Assembly (NCBI GenBank): GCA_002104905.1
Contig: MCFE01000316.1
Span: 1-64,000, forward strand
Direction: 5' to 3'
From: Basidiobolus meristosporus CBS 931.73
Taxonomy: Eukaryota > Fungi > Basidiobolomycota
DNA length: 64,000 bases
Positions 25,001 through 38,800 of this stretch are shown in pieces (position 1 is the stretch's first letter; each line of letters opens with the position of its first letter). Below the pieces are notes generated by a model that was not told the origin of the DNA, did no database searches, and worked only from the letters and a program-made list of their open reading frames with translations. The position numbers and the translations under genes are program-made.

Positions 25001-26940
25001 CAGAGAAATCAGGAAATAGTCCAGAAACAGGATGAGCTAATAAAAGATCTACAGCAATCAATTCTCTAGATATATAAAGCAGTATCTTTATAGCAATTAT
25101 GGAGCTTAAGAAACTCAATGCCACAGCCAACAGTTGAGCCATTTTGTAATGTAACAGCAGTGAAACATTGTTCAGTCTTTGAAGCACTAAAGCAGTGCTC
25201 AAAGATAAAGCCCTCAGAGAACATATAACAGCATGTGAGGGAGAAATTTTAGTGTTGATACCAAAGTCTAAGAATTAAAAGACATCAAAGTTACATGAAG
25301 CTGCTGAGTATAATAATGAAGAGTGGGCTGCTACTCAAGAGGCCATTAGAAGTTGAGCATGCCAATACCTTAAGGCCAGTATACTATGGGACCTTCAAGA
25401 GCTCAAGGCCAAGCAGAAGGTGCTTGACTTATTCCATAAGCATTATCCATGATGCCAACAAGCACATGGTTTTAGGCCAGCATTGGTATGCCAAGAAAGT
25501 ATCTCAAGAATAGCAGAAACTATCAAAGGCAGAAGAAAAGGGTGCAATGGCTCAAAACTAGTGGCTTCCTCAAGAGCCTGTTATAAGCAGAGCAAAAAGC
25601 TCCAAATTAGCATCAAAGAGACATGAGGTAGCAGAAAGAGTGCCAATAAGGGAAAGCAGGCAGACACAGATGCACCAGCACATTATTTGCCAAGGAAAAG
25701 TGAGGCTCTACTCAAGAATCTCTCAGTCAAAGATGAAGTAAAGGACATAGTAGTGATAAAAACAAGCAGCTAGCCAAGGAGCCTGTTACAGCATGAGCTG
25801 AAGGCTCAAAACCAGTGAAAAAAAAGTATCAGGTTGCCAGCTGAGTGCCTGCAAGGAACAAGCTGGCTAAAACAGATGCATCAGAGCAGCATTTATCAAG
25901 GAGAAAACATAGTTCACTACAAGAAGAACTCAGACAAATTGAAAGTGAAAGACCTGGCAGTTTAAAGGAAAAGGAAAAGTGAAAAAATGTCTTCCCAAGC
26001 CTGTGGGAGGGAAGCATTCCAAAAAAACCGCTACTCTTGCTAATTAATGCCACAAGCCCACAACATACTGATTCCCATCATAGCCAAGAAGAATTACTAA
26101 CAAGAAAATAGCTATTTTCACAAGAGTTGGAAGGGCAGCCAAGTGAGCTACACTCCAGTGAGGTAGATGAGTTTGCAGAGAAAGCCAACTTATATACCAC
26201 AGCCTCCACATCCTCCATTGCTGACCAAATGGAGATCTCACTGACAGAAAAGTTAACAATGTCAAGAACTCAAAAGGTGATCTCACAATACCTTCAGTGA
26301 AATATTGGAACATCCATAGGCATACCAAGAGGTTGCAGCACTTCTTCAAGAGCAGTGCTCAAGAATATGCACTTAATATTGCAACAATTTATTGCAAATA
26401 TTGACAGATGAAGTGCTAGACCTTACAGTGCCATCTGAAGACAAGGACTAATGGGAACCAGTGAATGAATAGTTGTATAAGGCAGAAGGATTCCTGCCAA
26501 AGTCATGGAAGCAGAGCATTACAGCAGATATTCTTATTGAGTAGTAGATTATTATGAAGTTATTTGTTTGGTGAGGGGTTGGGCCTAATATTAGTATAGG
26601 GTATGGGGACTTGCATAAGTCAATATTATTAGCAATTGAGGTACAACTGTAGTTTCAATGAAAATAAATCACTTTTTATCCATCAGAAATATGAGAAATG
26701 ATTGAGTCAGGAAGTAAGCAGTGTGAAACAGTGGCAATAGCCAATCAATTCACACAAACATAGGAGGTGATAGAGTGTCTGGGATCAGAAAGTGAACAAA
26801 ATGTAGCCAATCAATGCACCCACACATAGGAGGTGATAGAGTGTTGTAATCAGGAAGTGAGAAAACTGGCAGAGAACCAATCCAAACCACTTTTGTAATG
26901 TTGTGATGAAAAATGTTGCTCAAGTTTTTTTGTGAAATGT
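22001..26940. mobile_element. CACTA copy E2 (transposase on - 22001-24387; ORF2 on + 24607-26667), truncated at both ends
   Basis: MDKTTLNQ start at 24387 and ATGCCACCAACAATAAAG at 24607. A foldback is inserted in the transposase. Confidence 0.82.
23045..23778. mobile_element. Foldback non-autonomous element, copy 1 (347-bp arms, 40-bp spacer, ATT TSD)
   Basis: AGACTTGTTCCGTTGG...CCAACGGAACAAGTCT. Arms 23045-23391 and 23432-23778, ATT at 23042-44 and 23779-81. Removing the element plus one ATT restores colinearity with copy A. Confidence 0.95.
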
Positions 26941-28577
26941 AATATGCCATTATTTTTTGCCAGTCTTTTTAATCTACACACAGTTTGTGCTTCTGCCATG
27001 TTCTTGAAGAATTTAAATTTCTCTAAAGCCTCAACCTTTGTTTTGAGGAAGTAAACCCATGTATATCTTGTCTTGTCATCAATAAACATCTTAAAGTATT
27101 TCTTAGCTCCAAAGGACAGTACTATCATGGGCCTACATACATCTTTGTGTAAAATAGCCAATATTTTGGCAGTTTTGATGCCACATAAGCTCCTGAAACA
27201 TTGCCTATCTTGTTTGCCATATGAAAATACCTTACAGACACTCAATTTGATTGGAATTGAGTAATTTAGGCCTGAAACAAGCTGATTTTCCATCAATTGG
27301 CTCTTTTCTGTTCTCCAATCTGTCCTAGCCTCCTAAGTCATGTCTCCCAGATAGTTTTATCAGTTTCAGCAATGTTGGCATACTCAGATACAATGATCTT
27401 GCATTGTTACTTGTATATACTGTGATCTCTGATTCCCAAAGCTAATTTTTGTCCATTTTCTCTTAATATTGAGGAGTTCAGGTTAGTAAAGCAAACTCTG
27501 GACCCTGAGCAGTTACTTCACTGACTGAAAGTAGGTTCTTAGCTATTCCAGGTATGTAGAGTATGTCAGTCAGTTTTGCTGCTGTAGCCCCTGAGATATC
27601 ACTGATATCTAGAAGTATAGACCCACTGGTGGTAGCTTCCAGTACAGAGTTATCCCCCAGATAAACCTTTCCTACAGGAATAGCCTTTAAGTTGCTGAGC
27701 CACTCCTTTATACCACAAACATGCTGTGATGCTTCATAGTCAATGCATCATGCATTACTCTAGTTACTTGCACTCTCTTGTACAGTCAGAGATAACTGTT
27801 CATCAGTAGTTTTGTGGTTTGCCAGCTCCAGCTTATGTTTTTTGTCTGCTTGTTTCTTCTTTTGTTGTCTTGCCCAGCATCCTGGCTTCTTACAGTAGTT
27901 ACAGTAACCAGGTTTTCTTTGGTTTTGTGGCTTTCCCTTCTTTTCTGTGTGCCTTTCTAAGCTGAACATAGTATTGTATTCAATTTTCTCTGCTTGATGA
28001 TTACATCTGAGTTCTTCATGGAGAAGTCTTCTTTTGACATAGTTTAGAGTAAAACCATCTTCTCTGCTTTCAACAAAAAGTATGAGTGGCTTGTATTTGT
28101 CTGGTAGGCTGCAAAGCAGAAAGAGTATCTTCTCTTCATCATCTACACCAGGATTAATACTGTAAAGTTCTTCTCCAAGTGTCTACAATCTGGTATTGAG
28201 TTGTAGCCTGTCATCATATGGCTTCTTCCTCATATTGAAGAACTTTTGTTTTCAATAAAGCTTGCTGGATACTGACTTTGCTCTAAAGATCTTCTCTAAG
28301 GATTCCCATGCTGCTTTGGGAGTATCTGAAGCATGGATTTGTCCAATGAAGGAATCTTGCACATTGATACATATAGCAGGTTTCAGGGTTAGTACATAAT
28401 ATGTGGTAAAAAGTGTTAATTTGATCTTCACTATAGGGTAATAACCATAGGATCATAGATATGAAGAAACAAGCAAAGTTGGGGCTGCAAATTAGTCCTA
28501 CAGTGACTAAGACTAGTCTAGAACTGTTAAGTAAATTTTAGCTGCTAAATGATACCAAATGGTGAAATATTTCAACA
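26941..28577 (-). mobile_element. Ty1/Copia relic: partial LTR (28381-28577), gag, Zn-knuckle, protease, GAG-pre-integrase and integrase N-terminus
   Basis: CNYCKKPG knuckle and LHKDVCRPM..YF.MFIDDKTRYTWVYFLKTK.EALEKFK rve core. Gene order gag-PR-IN. Confidence 0.9.
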
Positions 28578-28671
28578 GAGACGTCAGGTAGCTGCAAGAG
28601 TGTCAATAAGGAACAGGTAGGCAGACATGGGTGCATCAGCACATAATTTATTAAGGAAAAAGAGTAGGACC

Positions 28672-31190
28672 TGTTATGATCTGCTGCTTGAATGTTTAAG
28701 ATAGATCTGTTTTTGTCAGATCAGTTTACTTGAATGGAGAAATCAGTGGAGTACCTGCCACAATCATGATTGACTCAGGAGCACCACATGAGTACATGTT
28801 GGAGCAATTTGCTTTGAAAGCTGGAATCAACTCAGAACCCACCAAATCAACTGCAGCCTCAACAGCTAATGGGAACTCTCACATAATCAACCCTATCACT
28901 CAGCCAGTAAGGATGAAGATCAATGACTATGAAGAAGATCTACAGGCCTACATATTTAGGAACTGCAAGTTTGACCTTGTACTTCCAAAAACCTGGCTAT
29001 TTACTCATAGTCCATCAATCAACTGGAGAACCTATGCAACTCAGATCTAGAAGGACAACAATATCTATGAGCTATTACCTTCCAGACTGGATTTTAACTT
29101 AGTCAATTCCAGTGTGTGTGAAACAAGTGAACTTAGCAAACACAGCTTTGTAGAGCACTAAGAAAAGGCACCCAGTTGTTCCTCATGGCAGTATTACAGG
29201 GGGATACCTATACTCCAGAACCCCAGTGGGTCCAGACTCTTTTGAAGGAATATCCAGACGTATTTCTGGATGAGCTTGTAAGCCTAACACCAGTCAGAGA
29301 AGTGGATTATGTCAGTAAAACAGGAGATAGCCCTCCAGTGAGTAAGACACCAACAGAATGAGTCCATTGGAGTTGGAAGAGATGAAGAGACAATTAGATC
29401 AGTTACTGGAGCAAGGATATATCAGACCCAGCAAGTCACCTTGGAGAGCACCAGTACTATTTGTGAAGAAGAAGGATGGAAGACTTAGGATGTGCATTGA
29501 CTACAGAGCCCTCAGCTTGGTTACTGTGAAGAATAAGTACCCCATACCTTGGATTGATGAGCTTTTGGACCAACTCAATGGAGCCACTATTTTCAGCAAG
29601 ATTGACCTCATGTCAGGATACAACCAGATTAGGGTAAAGCCAGAAGACATCCCTAAGACAGCATTCAGGAACAGATATGGACATTACAAGTACTTGGTTG
29701 TGAGTTTTGGCCTCACCAATGCCCCTGCAACATTTATGACACTGATGCAGACCTTCTTCCAGGAGTACTTAGATAAGTTTGTGATAATCTACCTAGATTA
29801 TATATTGATATACAGCAAGACAGAAGAGGATCACTTGGTGCACATTAAAAAGGTCTTGAAGAAGCTAAGAGAGAACAAGCTTTATTGCAAGCTACTCAAG
29901 TGTGAATCCTTCAAGGAACACATTAGACTTGTTCCGTTGGATAGTGCCACATTGAGCCATGAGTGCCAAACAGTGCCATAGTATGCCTGAGAGTCATAGC
30001 AGACCTAAACTTGGCCACAGAGTGTGGCATATAGTTCTTCATATTCATGCAAAGCAGCCCTTGTGTTTCACCTATGGTGCAGGAGAAAATCAATTTTTTA
30101 ACCTTTTTTTTGGGATCAAAATTGTGCATGACGTAAAAGAGCACAGACAGACTGAAGATATGCATCTGGTACACAATACCCATGGCACTCTAAATCTAGC
30201 CCCACAGGCTTGTAGCATGTCACAAAAATGCATGGCACTATCTTGGTCCACTGGTACTATCTGGCACTATATTTAAATATTAGCCCTAAAGTAGAACCTA
30301 TACAAAGCACTTATAGTGCCAGATAGTACCAGTGGACCAAGATAGTGCCATGCATTTTTGTGACATGCTACAAGCCTATGGGGCTAGATTTAGAGTGCCA
30401 TGGGTATTATGTAACAGATGCATATCTTCAGTCTGTCTGTGCTCTTTTACGTCACGCACAATTTTGATCCCAAAAAAAATGTTAAAAAATTGATTTTTCC
30501 CGTACAGTAGGTGAAACACAGGGGCTGCTTTGCATGAATATGCAGAACTATATGTTGCACTCTGTGGCCAAGTTTAGGTCTGCTATGACTCTCAGGCACA
30601 CTATGGCACTATTTGGCACTCATGGCTCAATGTGGCACTATCCAACGGAACAAGTCTATTGAATATCTGGGACACATAGTGACTAGCACAGGAGTAACCT
30701 TAGATCTTAGGAAGGTTGAAGTTATCAAGAATCTGAAGCAGCCCCATAGCATATCAGAGCTCAGATCATTCCTTGGAATGGTTTCCTATTATTGGAGATT
30801 TGTCAAGTCCTTTGCAAGTATTGCAGCCCCTTTAACTAATATCCTCAAGAAAGACAATACCTACAAGTGGGACATAGCTTGTGAGACTGCCTTCCAGACG
30901 CTCAAGAATGAACTTGCTAAGCTACCAAGTCTAAGAATAAATAACTTCAGAAAAGAGTTTACTCTGTGCACAGATGCTTCAGATTATGCAATTGGTGGAG
31001 TGTTAAGCCAAGAACACAAGGGAAAGGACTACCCTGTTGCCTTTGAATCCAAGAAACTGAACTCAGCAGAACAAAAATATCCAGTGCATGAGAAGGAGAT
31101 GCTTACTATAATACACTGCTTGAAGACATTGAGATGCCATATTGAAGGAGTCAAATGCATTGTGAAGAAGGATCATGCCTCCCTCAAGTA
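28672..31190 (+). mobile_element. Ty3/Gypsy pol relic (aspartic protease, RT, RNase H), interrupted by foldback copy 2
   Basis: MIDSGA protease; [46 protein letters not shown] and YLDY (YLDD mutated) in RT; TDASDYAIGGVLSQ and YPVHEKEML in RNase H. Confidence 0.93.
29925..30657. mobile_element. Foldback non-autonomous element, copy 2 (347/346-bp arms, 40-bp spacer, ATT TSD)
   Basis: Same termini and spacer as copy 1, ATT at 29922-24 and 30658-60. Excision restores RT ...[16 protein letters not shown] with the same spacing as the homologs near 17810 and 38110. Confidence 0.95.
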
Positions 31191-34100
31191 TACCCAAAAT
31201 CTGTTTGCCCATTTGAATCTGGGAAAATGCTTATGGAACAAGTCAAGTACATTCTACTTGGCCTTGAGTTCCTTGTGGTCCCATGGTATGTGGCCTTAAG
31301 GTGAATTTTAGGCTTTGGTAACAACACCACATTGTCTCCCTCCTATGCTGTAATAGTTTTTTGTGGGCTTTATCCTTGGGCACTGTTGTTGTGCTTGAAA
31401 GACTGTATGGTGTCCCTCTGCTATTGCACTGGGAGATGGCTCAATTCGTGGTGGTGACATTGAGCTACTTGAGTTCCTTCTTTGCAGCACAGATACTGCT
31501 TTCTCTACCTGGGATATTGATCACTCTACATGTAATATTCACTCATCCTGCTTTGGGACTATTTCCAGATTTCTCTGGGCCATTGCATCTATCCTATCAG
31601 CAACTGCATCAAATTGCTTCATTATTGCTATAGTATAAGCTATCAACATACTTGCTAATATGGGTGGTGGTGATATTATGATGTCCACTTGCTGGTCTTC
31701 AATGGAAGGTACTATATTTGCTACACTCTCATCTGTCTGAGCATAATGGTCAGCTTGCAGCTTAGGATTATTACTTTCAGTAGGCACACTGTCAGCATGG
31801 CCTTTTTTGGATGTAGCCCTACTTGTTGCACTGAATGTCAAAGCAAGCTGTTGTCCTACTGTTCTTCTGCTGCTGTCAGTGGTGGGGTTGAGTTGGGAAC
31901 CAGACAACTTTGCTTTATTCTTGGTGGTATATATATGGAAGTGAGTCACACCAAAGGGGAAATGGTGTTACATATACATGTGTATGTGGTGCCACAACTT
32001 TATTTATAATGCTTACTATGGCAGGTCATCATTAAATCATACATTCATGTAGGTGCAATGTGTCAAATACAAGACTGTCTTAACCTCACATGAGTATTGA
32101 CCAAAAAATAATGTAATAATGTTACATTGTTGAAGGTGAAACTGCTTGTCTCATGGACAAGAATACTTTGATTCAATGCTGTAAGAGAAGAGAGAAAAAT
32201 TCATGAGGTTATTGTAGCAGTCTTCTCAGCCATGAAGCACAAAGGCAGCATTGGAAGTATTACAAGGATCATGGCCAGTGTATTACCACACAAGTCATAT
32301 TTGACCACTGATCCGTCATTACTGCACCAACATTATATTGCTGGGCGGTTAATACTTCTATACTGGCACCTGGCCATCTTTGTCACCTTATGCCAGCTGA
32401 GTCAGGTGATTTGTGACACCTTTAGGCTCCCCTCAGCCTTCTGAATATGGCATGCAAAGTGATAGCTCTGACAAAGAAGGCTCACTGATGGATTGTGAGC
32501 CTATCTCCCCTAACAACAGTACCATATAGGAGCCTGGTCAAATCCCAATTTGCAATGAGACATCACCTATTGAAACAAATCCCAAGGATACTTTATGGAG
32601 CCAAGAGAGCCTAGTAGTCCATCTACTGGTGAATGATGTAATGTTGTGGTTAGAGAAGTTGCATGTTTCCACCAATATTAGTAATGGAGGCTTTGAAAAT
32701 TAACTACTACTTCTTGCCTAAAGCATTCCAGGATGCAGCTTCTATGTACATTGTACAAATGGACAACAATCATGTGGCTGGCAACATATGACCCAGAGAC
32801 TGTCTTGATTCCAGTATGTGCTAACAGTTGTATGGCATTCACATCCAAAAGTGCAACCATTGCAGCTTGCCCAAATTATCCTGAATCCACTATCATTGAG
32901 GGAAAACATTGTTCACACTTCAGATATATTCCGGTAGTACCCTGTCTGAAGAAGCTCATGCAGTCCAACAAATTTTGCAAAGCTATAAAGTACCAAGCTA
33001 AGTGTCAATTAAGCATAAACATATCTGATATGTCTGATGGTAACATCACAAGCAGCTAAGAAGCAAGAGCTACTTTGAGGCTTTGTGTAACCATGCCTTT
33101 GCTTTTGCACTTGATGGATCCTCATTACTCAAGCACTTTGCCAGCAAATCCTGCTGTCCATTGATTCTTATCAACCTGAATCTGCTGCCTATCTTATGGT
33201 ATCAGAGCAATAATCTGATGGTAGTCTCACTGGTATCTGGGCCTAAATCACCGTCCAACCTGAATAGCTACCTGTATCCATTGCTGGATGACCTTTGTAT
33301 GCTTTCCAGCAGTATATTAGCAAAAGGCATTCATGTCAAAATGCATATTATTATCTGCATTGGAGATACCCAAGAAGTTGGCAAAATAGCCAGCTTTTTT
33401 GGGCACAATGAACAATATTGCTGTTGAATGTGTGAGATCCAGGGTACTTACTCCATAACTCAAGCACATTATTATTACTCAAACTCTAGCGCTAAGAGCA
33501 TCATCTTCTCACAGATAGATTGTACAGAGGTCAGCATGCAGTTGCAGCAAAGTTTGCAAGCTATAACCCATTGGCCAGAATATGGAATCAAATGGAAACC
33601 AGAGATAGTTAAGATAGAGGGTATCTGTTGGAGCAAAAGCATTTGCCTTGGAGCAATGCATTTGCTTTTCAACAGTATCCCTTTACTGATGACCTAGTTG
33701 TACATGGAACATTTGAAGCTAAATGGGCCCTTTGATATACCAGAGAAACTTGAAAGAATTGGCAAGATATTAAAGAGTGTCTGCTACCCTAAGTACTTTT
33801 CACAGGCTCCAATCAATATTCATACACACATGCCACAAAACAAATGCAAAGACTGGATGAGCTGGCTATGTATTTATTCAAGTGGCATTTGGATGCCATT
33901 CTCACAAAGAGTATATTGGAAGCATTGGGAGTCAATATGTGGACATTGTAGAAATATTTATCCAGATGCAGATCACCAATGCCAACTTGACACATCTACA
34001 GCTGTTATGCAAGGAGTGTGTAACAGGATTTGAGTGGCTATACTACAAACATAAATCTGAGTACATAGATCTCTGCCATTACTGTATCCATGCTCTACTC

Positions 34101-35315
34101 CATCTTGCTTGGTGTGTGGAGAATATTGGGACTTGCTTCACCTTTTTGGAGTTTCCTATGGAGCAGATGTGTGGGGAGATAGAAAGATAAGTCAAGTTGC
34201 AGGTACTACCATAACCCAACCTCATCAAGAATATTACCTTGAAGTCCATCATGGATGTGAAGAGTTGGCACATGGATGATAGCCAGGAAGAGTTGGAAAA
34301 TACTGAGGACAGATGTGCACATGAAGACACCTATGCCTATGACATTAAGAAGCTAAGCAGCCCCATGCGTGGGTAATCATTTAGGTAATGAAAAGTTGGG
34401 TTGGGTGCAACAAGCAACTAACTTTGATTAGGAGCACTTTACTAAGGTAAGCCAGATTTCTTTTGGTTGCAAGCTAACTTCTACATCATTCAATACAGAA
34501 TTCACACAAACCAAAGTCAGAGTGCACCTATAATGGGGGCTAGAACTGAGCAGGGAGAAGGAATATATAGGCTAAAGACCAAAAAGGTTTTCTGTGGATA
34601 TTTAGAAGGTAATTGTGGCAAAGGTGGTGGCCACTGAGCATATGTTTGCAAGATGTATATGTTACCAGCAGTACAAGGTATATGGCAACTTTGCAAGTAT
34701 CACACCAGAAAGCTGTAAGGTTGAGGTGATAGAAGCATGGTAATTGCAGCAGGTCTGCATGTTTGTAGAGGTTGGTAAGCTGGAGGCCATAGTTTTTATG
34801 ATATGAACTATGTGTTGAATACCCAAGGAAGTAGTAGGTAAGCAAATAAAGAGGGGTGATTCTACAGTGGAATATATAAATTGCTCAAGGAGTGGTTGAA
34901 AAAGGAAATACCATTTGGTAAATTGGTATGGTAGCATTGTACAGAACTAGCTGTAGGCTGCTACTCTGCTGTAGAAATGCCATCAGAGACTAACAATGAG
35001 GCTGTCAAACACTGTCAGGTTTTTGCCATATAAGGCAACTGGATGTACTAGCTAGCTAGATCCACTTAAAATAGTGAAGAGTGCATCAAGACCACAGCAA
35101 TGCCATGCAAATATTGCTACAGTATAAATAAAACCCTGTTAAGTTTTTAACTTTATTTGGCAGTAAAATTAGCCAAATGCCATTGTGATCCTGTTATAAG
35201 ATTACTAAGAGGGTCACCAATTCTAACCTGCTGGTATTATGACAGTTTCCAAACAAGATCCTGTTGGCTGATCTGGATTGGAGCCACCTGTGGGACCATA
35301 TTATTTTTCATAGGG
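31191..35315. mobile_element. CACTA copy F (partial ORF2 on - to ~31932; transposase on + from 32153; terminus ...TTTTTCATAGGG 35315)
   Basis: ATGGACAAGAAT at 32153, Tnp2 motifs in ORFs 33083-34190, and the same terminal segment as copies B and C. Confidence 0.85.
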
Positions 35316-35329
35316 ATTGAGTTTTAGCA

Positions 35330-36010
35330 TGTCATCATCTGGCTTCCTCTTCACATTGAAGAACTTTTGCTTTAAATACAGCTTGGTTGATACTGACTTT
35401 GCTCTGAATATCTTCTACATGGATCCCCATGCTGCTTTGGCTGTATTTGAAGCATGAATTTGTCCAATGAAGGAATCTTGCACATTAATGCATATGGTAT
35501 TAATGGCCTTTCTCTCCTTCTCTTGAAACTTCTCTGCTTTATCTGCTGTTCCTTTGGCTCAACTTCTTTTCCTGTGACTATATTTCAAAGCTTTGTCTCC
35601 TTAAGGTGGATCTGCATCTTGATTCTCCAAAGTCTGTAGTTCTTCCCATCAAGCCTCTCTTTTACAGGGAGGGTGTTTGTATTGTTCTGTTTGCTGGTAG
35701 ATATCATCTTTAGAATAGATTAAGGTAATCAAGGCTCATAACTTGTTGCAATTTAAGAAGTATTATAACTGTAACACTAAGTAAGGGGGTTTCTCAACAC
35801 TCAGGAGTGTTCTGCAACATTCTCAGAGTTAGTATATACTGTTTGGTAAAAGTGCTAATCTGATCTTAGGAAAACAATCATAGGATCATTGATCTGAGGA
35901 AAGTGGCAAAGTTAGAGCTGCAAGTTAGTCCTAAGTCACCAGGACTAGTTCAGAACTGTTGAGTAAGTTTTTAGCTGCTGAATGATACCAAATAGTCCAG
36001 TATTTCAGCA
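35330..36010 (-). mobile_element. Ty1/Copia 5' end: LTR 35744-36010, PBS 35732-35743, gag start at 35707
   Basis: On - the LTR ends TTGCAACA and is followed by AGTTATGAGCCT, then MISTSK..LDGKNYRLWRIKMQIHL..IVTG (copia gag N-terminus). Confidence 0.88.
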
Positions 36011-36029
36011 GAAGCAGACAAAGAGGGAT

Positions 36030-36883
36030 GATTATACAGTGAAATATATGAATGCCATAAGGGGAGGCAGAGCACCATCAGGTTTCTTGCCATATAAGAC
36101 AGTTGGATATATTGGCTGTCTTGGTCTGCCCAACTTTATGTAGAGTTCATGAAGACCATTGGAACGCTATGTAGTTCTTGTCAAAAGACCGCCACATACT
36201 CTCAGGTTTTGAACTTTATTTGGCAGTAAAATCAGCAAAGCACCATGATTAGACTGTCAGAAAACTGTGTGGAGGGTCAATAACTCTAACCTATTAGCAT
36301 TTTGACAAACTCATTGTGGGATCCTGATGGCTGAGCTGGATTGGATTCATGTGTATTACCAAATTATTTCTCATAGGCCATACATGGAATACCCACAGAA
36401 GTACTTGGTACATAAATAAACTGTAGTGATTCTACACTTCAATATATGAATGGCACAAGAGGAGGTAGCACAAGGAATTACCATTTGGTAGATTGGTACA
36501 ATTGCATTATACAGTACCATCTGTAGGCTGCTCTAGTGCCATTATAATGCAGACAGATATCTGCATCAAGGTTGTCAGGACATCTTCAAGTTTTTTCCAT
36601 TTAGGGTATATGCATGTATTGGCAGGTTGGGCTACTCAAATAAGAGTAGGCTGCTATAAGACTGTTAGAGTGCCCTTTAAGTCCCATTAGTGAACTACCA
36701 AAACACTATCAATAGTATCTACCTATTCTGTAGTAAAATCAGCAAACACCATCACAATTCCATCATAGGATTGTAATTAGGCTCAATAATTCCAATCTGC
36801 TTGCATTATGACAGCCTCATTGCAGGATTGTGAAGGTGGATCCAGATCTAATCCCCCTGCTGGACCAAATTAGCTTTCATAGG
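36030..36883 (+). repeat. Two tandem degenerate CACTA transposase-side terminal fragments (ends near 36377 and 36883)
   Basis: Homology to 14700-15103 and 34900-35315, each ending in ...TCATAGG. Confidence 0.7.
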
Positions 36884-37259
36884 ACTCCATAGCCCTGCTA
36901 GCATGTGACTTTGGTATGTGCCCTATAGCAATGGGCCACTCTATGTTTGCTAGCTCCCATCTATCCTGGTATTCAGCTGGCTCTGTCTAAAATGGTGCAT
37001 ATGGACATGGTGGTCAACAGGTTGCTTCTCTCTGCAAGCTCACTTACCTCACTAAATTGAAGCTGAACTAGCTTAACCTCCAGCTCTTATCAGAACTGCT
37101 ATAGTGTTGTTAGTAATTTTCTTGGCTATTACACGTATCAGTCTGCTTTAGGTCAATGCAGTTGAATGGTGAAGGTAACAGCTTTAACTGTGCAATCAGT
37201 GAAAAGTATTTGAATACTTGATCAGCATATTTTCAATTTATCCATTAAACTACTCATTG

Positions 37260-38800
37260 ACACTATTAGTTCTGGGGTGATATGCTACAGCTTGAATTGT
37301 TTAATCTGCTAGATTTCCAGGTAAGCTTCCAATATTTTTTCCATAAAGTATGCTGCTCAATCAGAGAAGATTTCCACAGGGCTTTCAACCTTTATCAGGA
37401 TCTCATGACAGCTGAAACTTGGTGCATCCAAACTCTGTCAGGATCCAATATTAGATGAACTTGTAACTTTGTGTTCACTGTCCACTGGTACAGCTTTAGC
37501 CACTGGCCATTTGGTGGCATGGTCAATTGCTACTAAAGTACACCAAACCTATCTTCTAATAGTGGGCAGTCTTTCAAGAGAGTTAACTCCCCAACTCTCA
37601 AATGGTCTTACTGGCTCCAAGGGAAAAGCTCAGCAATTCTTAATGGTTGACCTTGGTTGATTTAGCAACTTTAACAGGCATCTTTTTCTCATGCATTGGA
37701 TAGTTTTGTGTTGCTAAGTTCAATTTCTTAAGTTTGAAAGTGACTGGTCATTCTTTTACTTCATGCTGTTGGCTTAATTCTCTACTAATTACATAATCTG
37801 AAGCATTGGTGCAGAAAGTAAAGTCTTTTCTGAGGTTAGATATCTTTAATCTGGGCAGCTTGGCAGGTTCATTTTTCAGTGTCTGTAATGCAGCCAGACA
37901 GGCTATGTTTCACTTCAAGGTGATGTCTTTTGTGAGGAGATCAGTCAACAAGGCTGCAATACTTGCAACAGACTTGACAAATCTGCAATAATAGGAAATT
38001 ATTCCAAGATACTATCTGAGCTCTCAAATACTATGATACTGCTTCAAATTCTTGATAAATTCTACTTTCTTGGGGCCCAGGATCACTTTTGTGCTACTCA
38101 CTATGTGTCCCAGCTATTCAAATTTTTCCTAATATATCACACACTTTGCTAGCTTGTCATAGACTTAAAAGTTCATCTGGAAATATATTTGACTATCCCT
38201 TTGGAAAAATCTAAGCTGTTTGGGGAACTGGAGTAGTGTAATAATCCTGTTTCACCACTATGAGAAACATCCAGATACCTTTCCTAAGTGCTCCACAGAA
38301 CTGCATCTTGCCAAGCTCACTTGTGTCCAACACACAGGAATTGACCAAGTCAAAATCCAGTTTGGCAGGTGGTAGCTCATAAGTCTGGTTGCCATTTGGA
38401 TCTGAGTTGCATGGGTTCCCCAATGAATTGATGGACTATAGTGAAATACTCATGTTTTTCCAAGTACCAGGTCAAATTTGCAGTTTCCAAATATGTAGGG
38501 CTGTAGACCTTCTTCAAAGTCAGTGATCTTCATTTGTGCAGGTCAAGTAATATGGTTGACTAAGTGAGAGTTCCCATTGGTTGTTGAAGCTTAAGCTGAT
38601 TTGGCAGTTTCTAAGTCAAATCCAGCTTTCAATGCACATTGCTCTCACATATACTTGTGTGATGCTTCTGAGTGATTCATGCTCCTGGCTGGTACTTCAC
38701 TGATTACTCCATTCAAGTATAATATTTCTCCTGGGCTTGAGCTCACTTGGGACAAGTATTTTTCTGCATATGAAATGCAAGTTCCAAGTCTTATTCCTGT
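37260..38800 (-). mobile_element. Ty3/Gypsy pol relic, same family as 16170-18425 and 28672-31190
   Basis: Protease NGVISEVPA, KLAKC..E*LGHI, EASDYV..LSQQHE and integrase PLEPVRPFESWG, with internal deletions. Confidence 0.8.
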
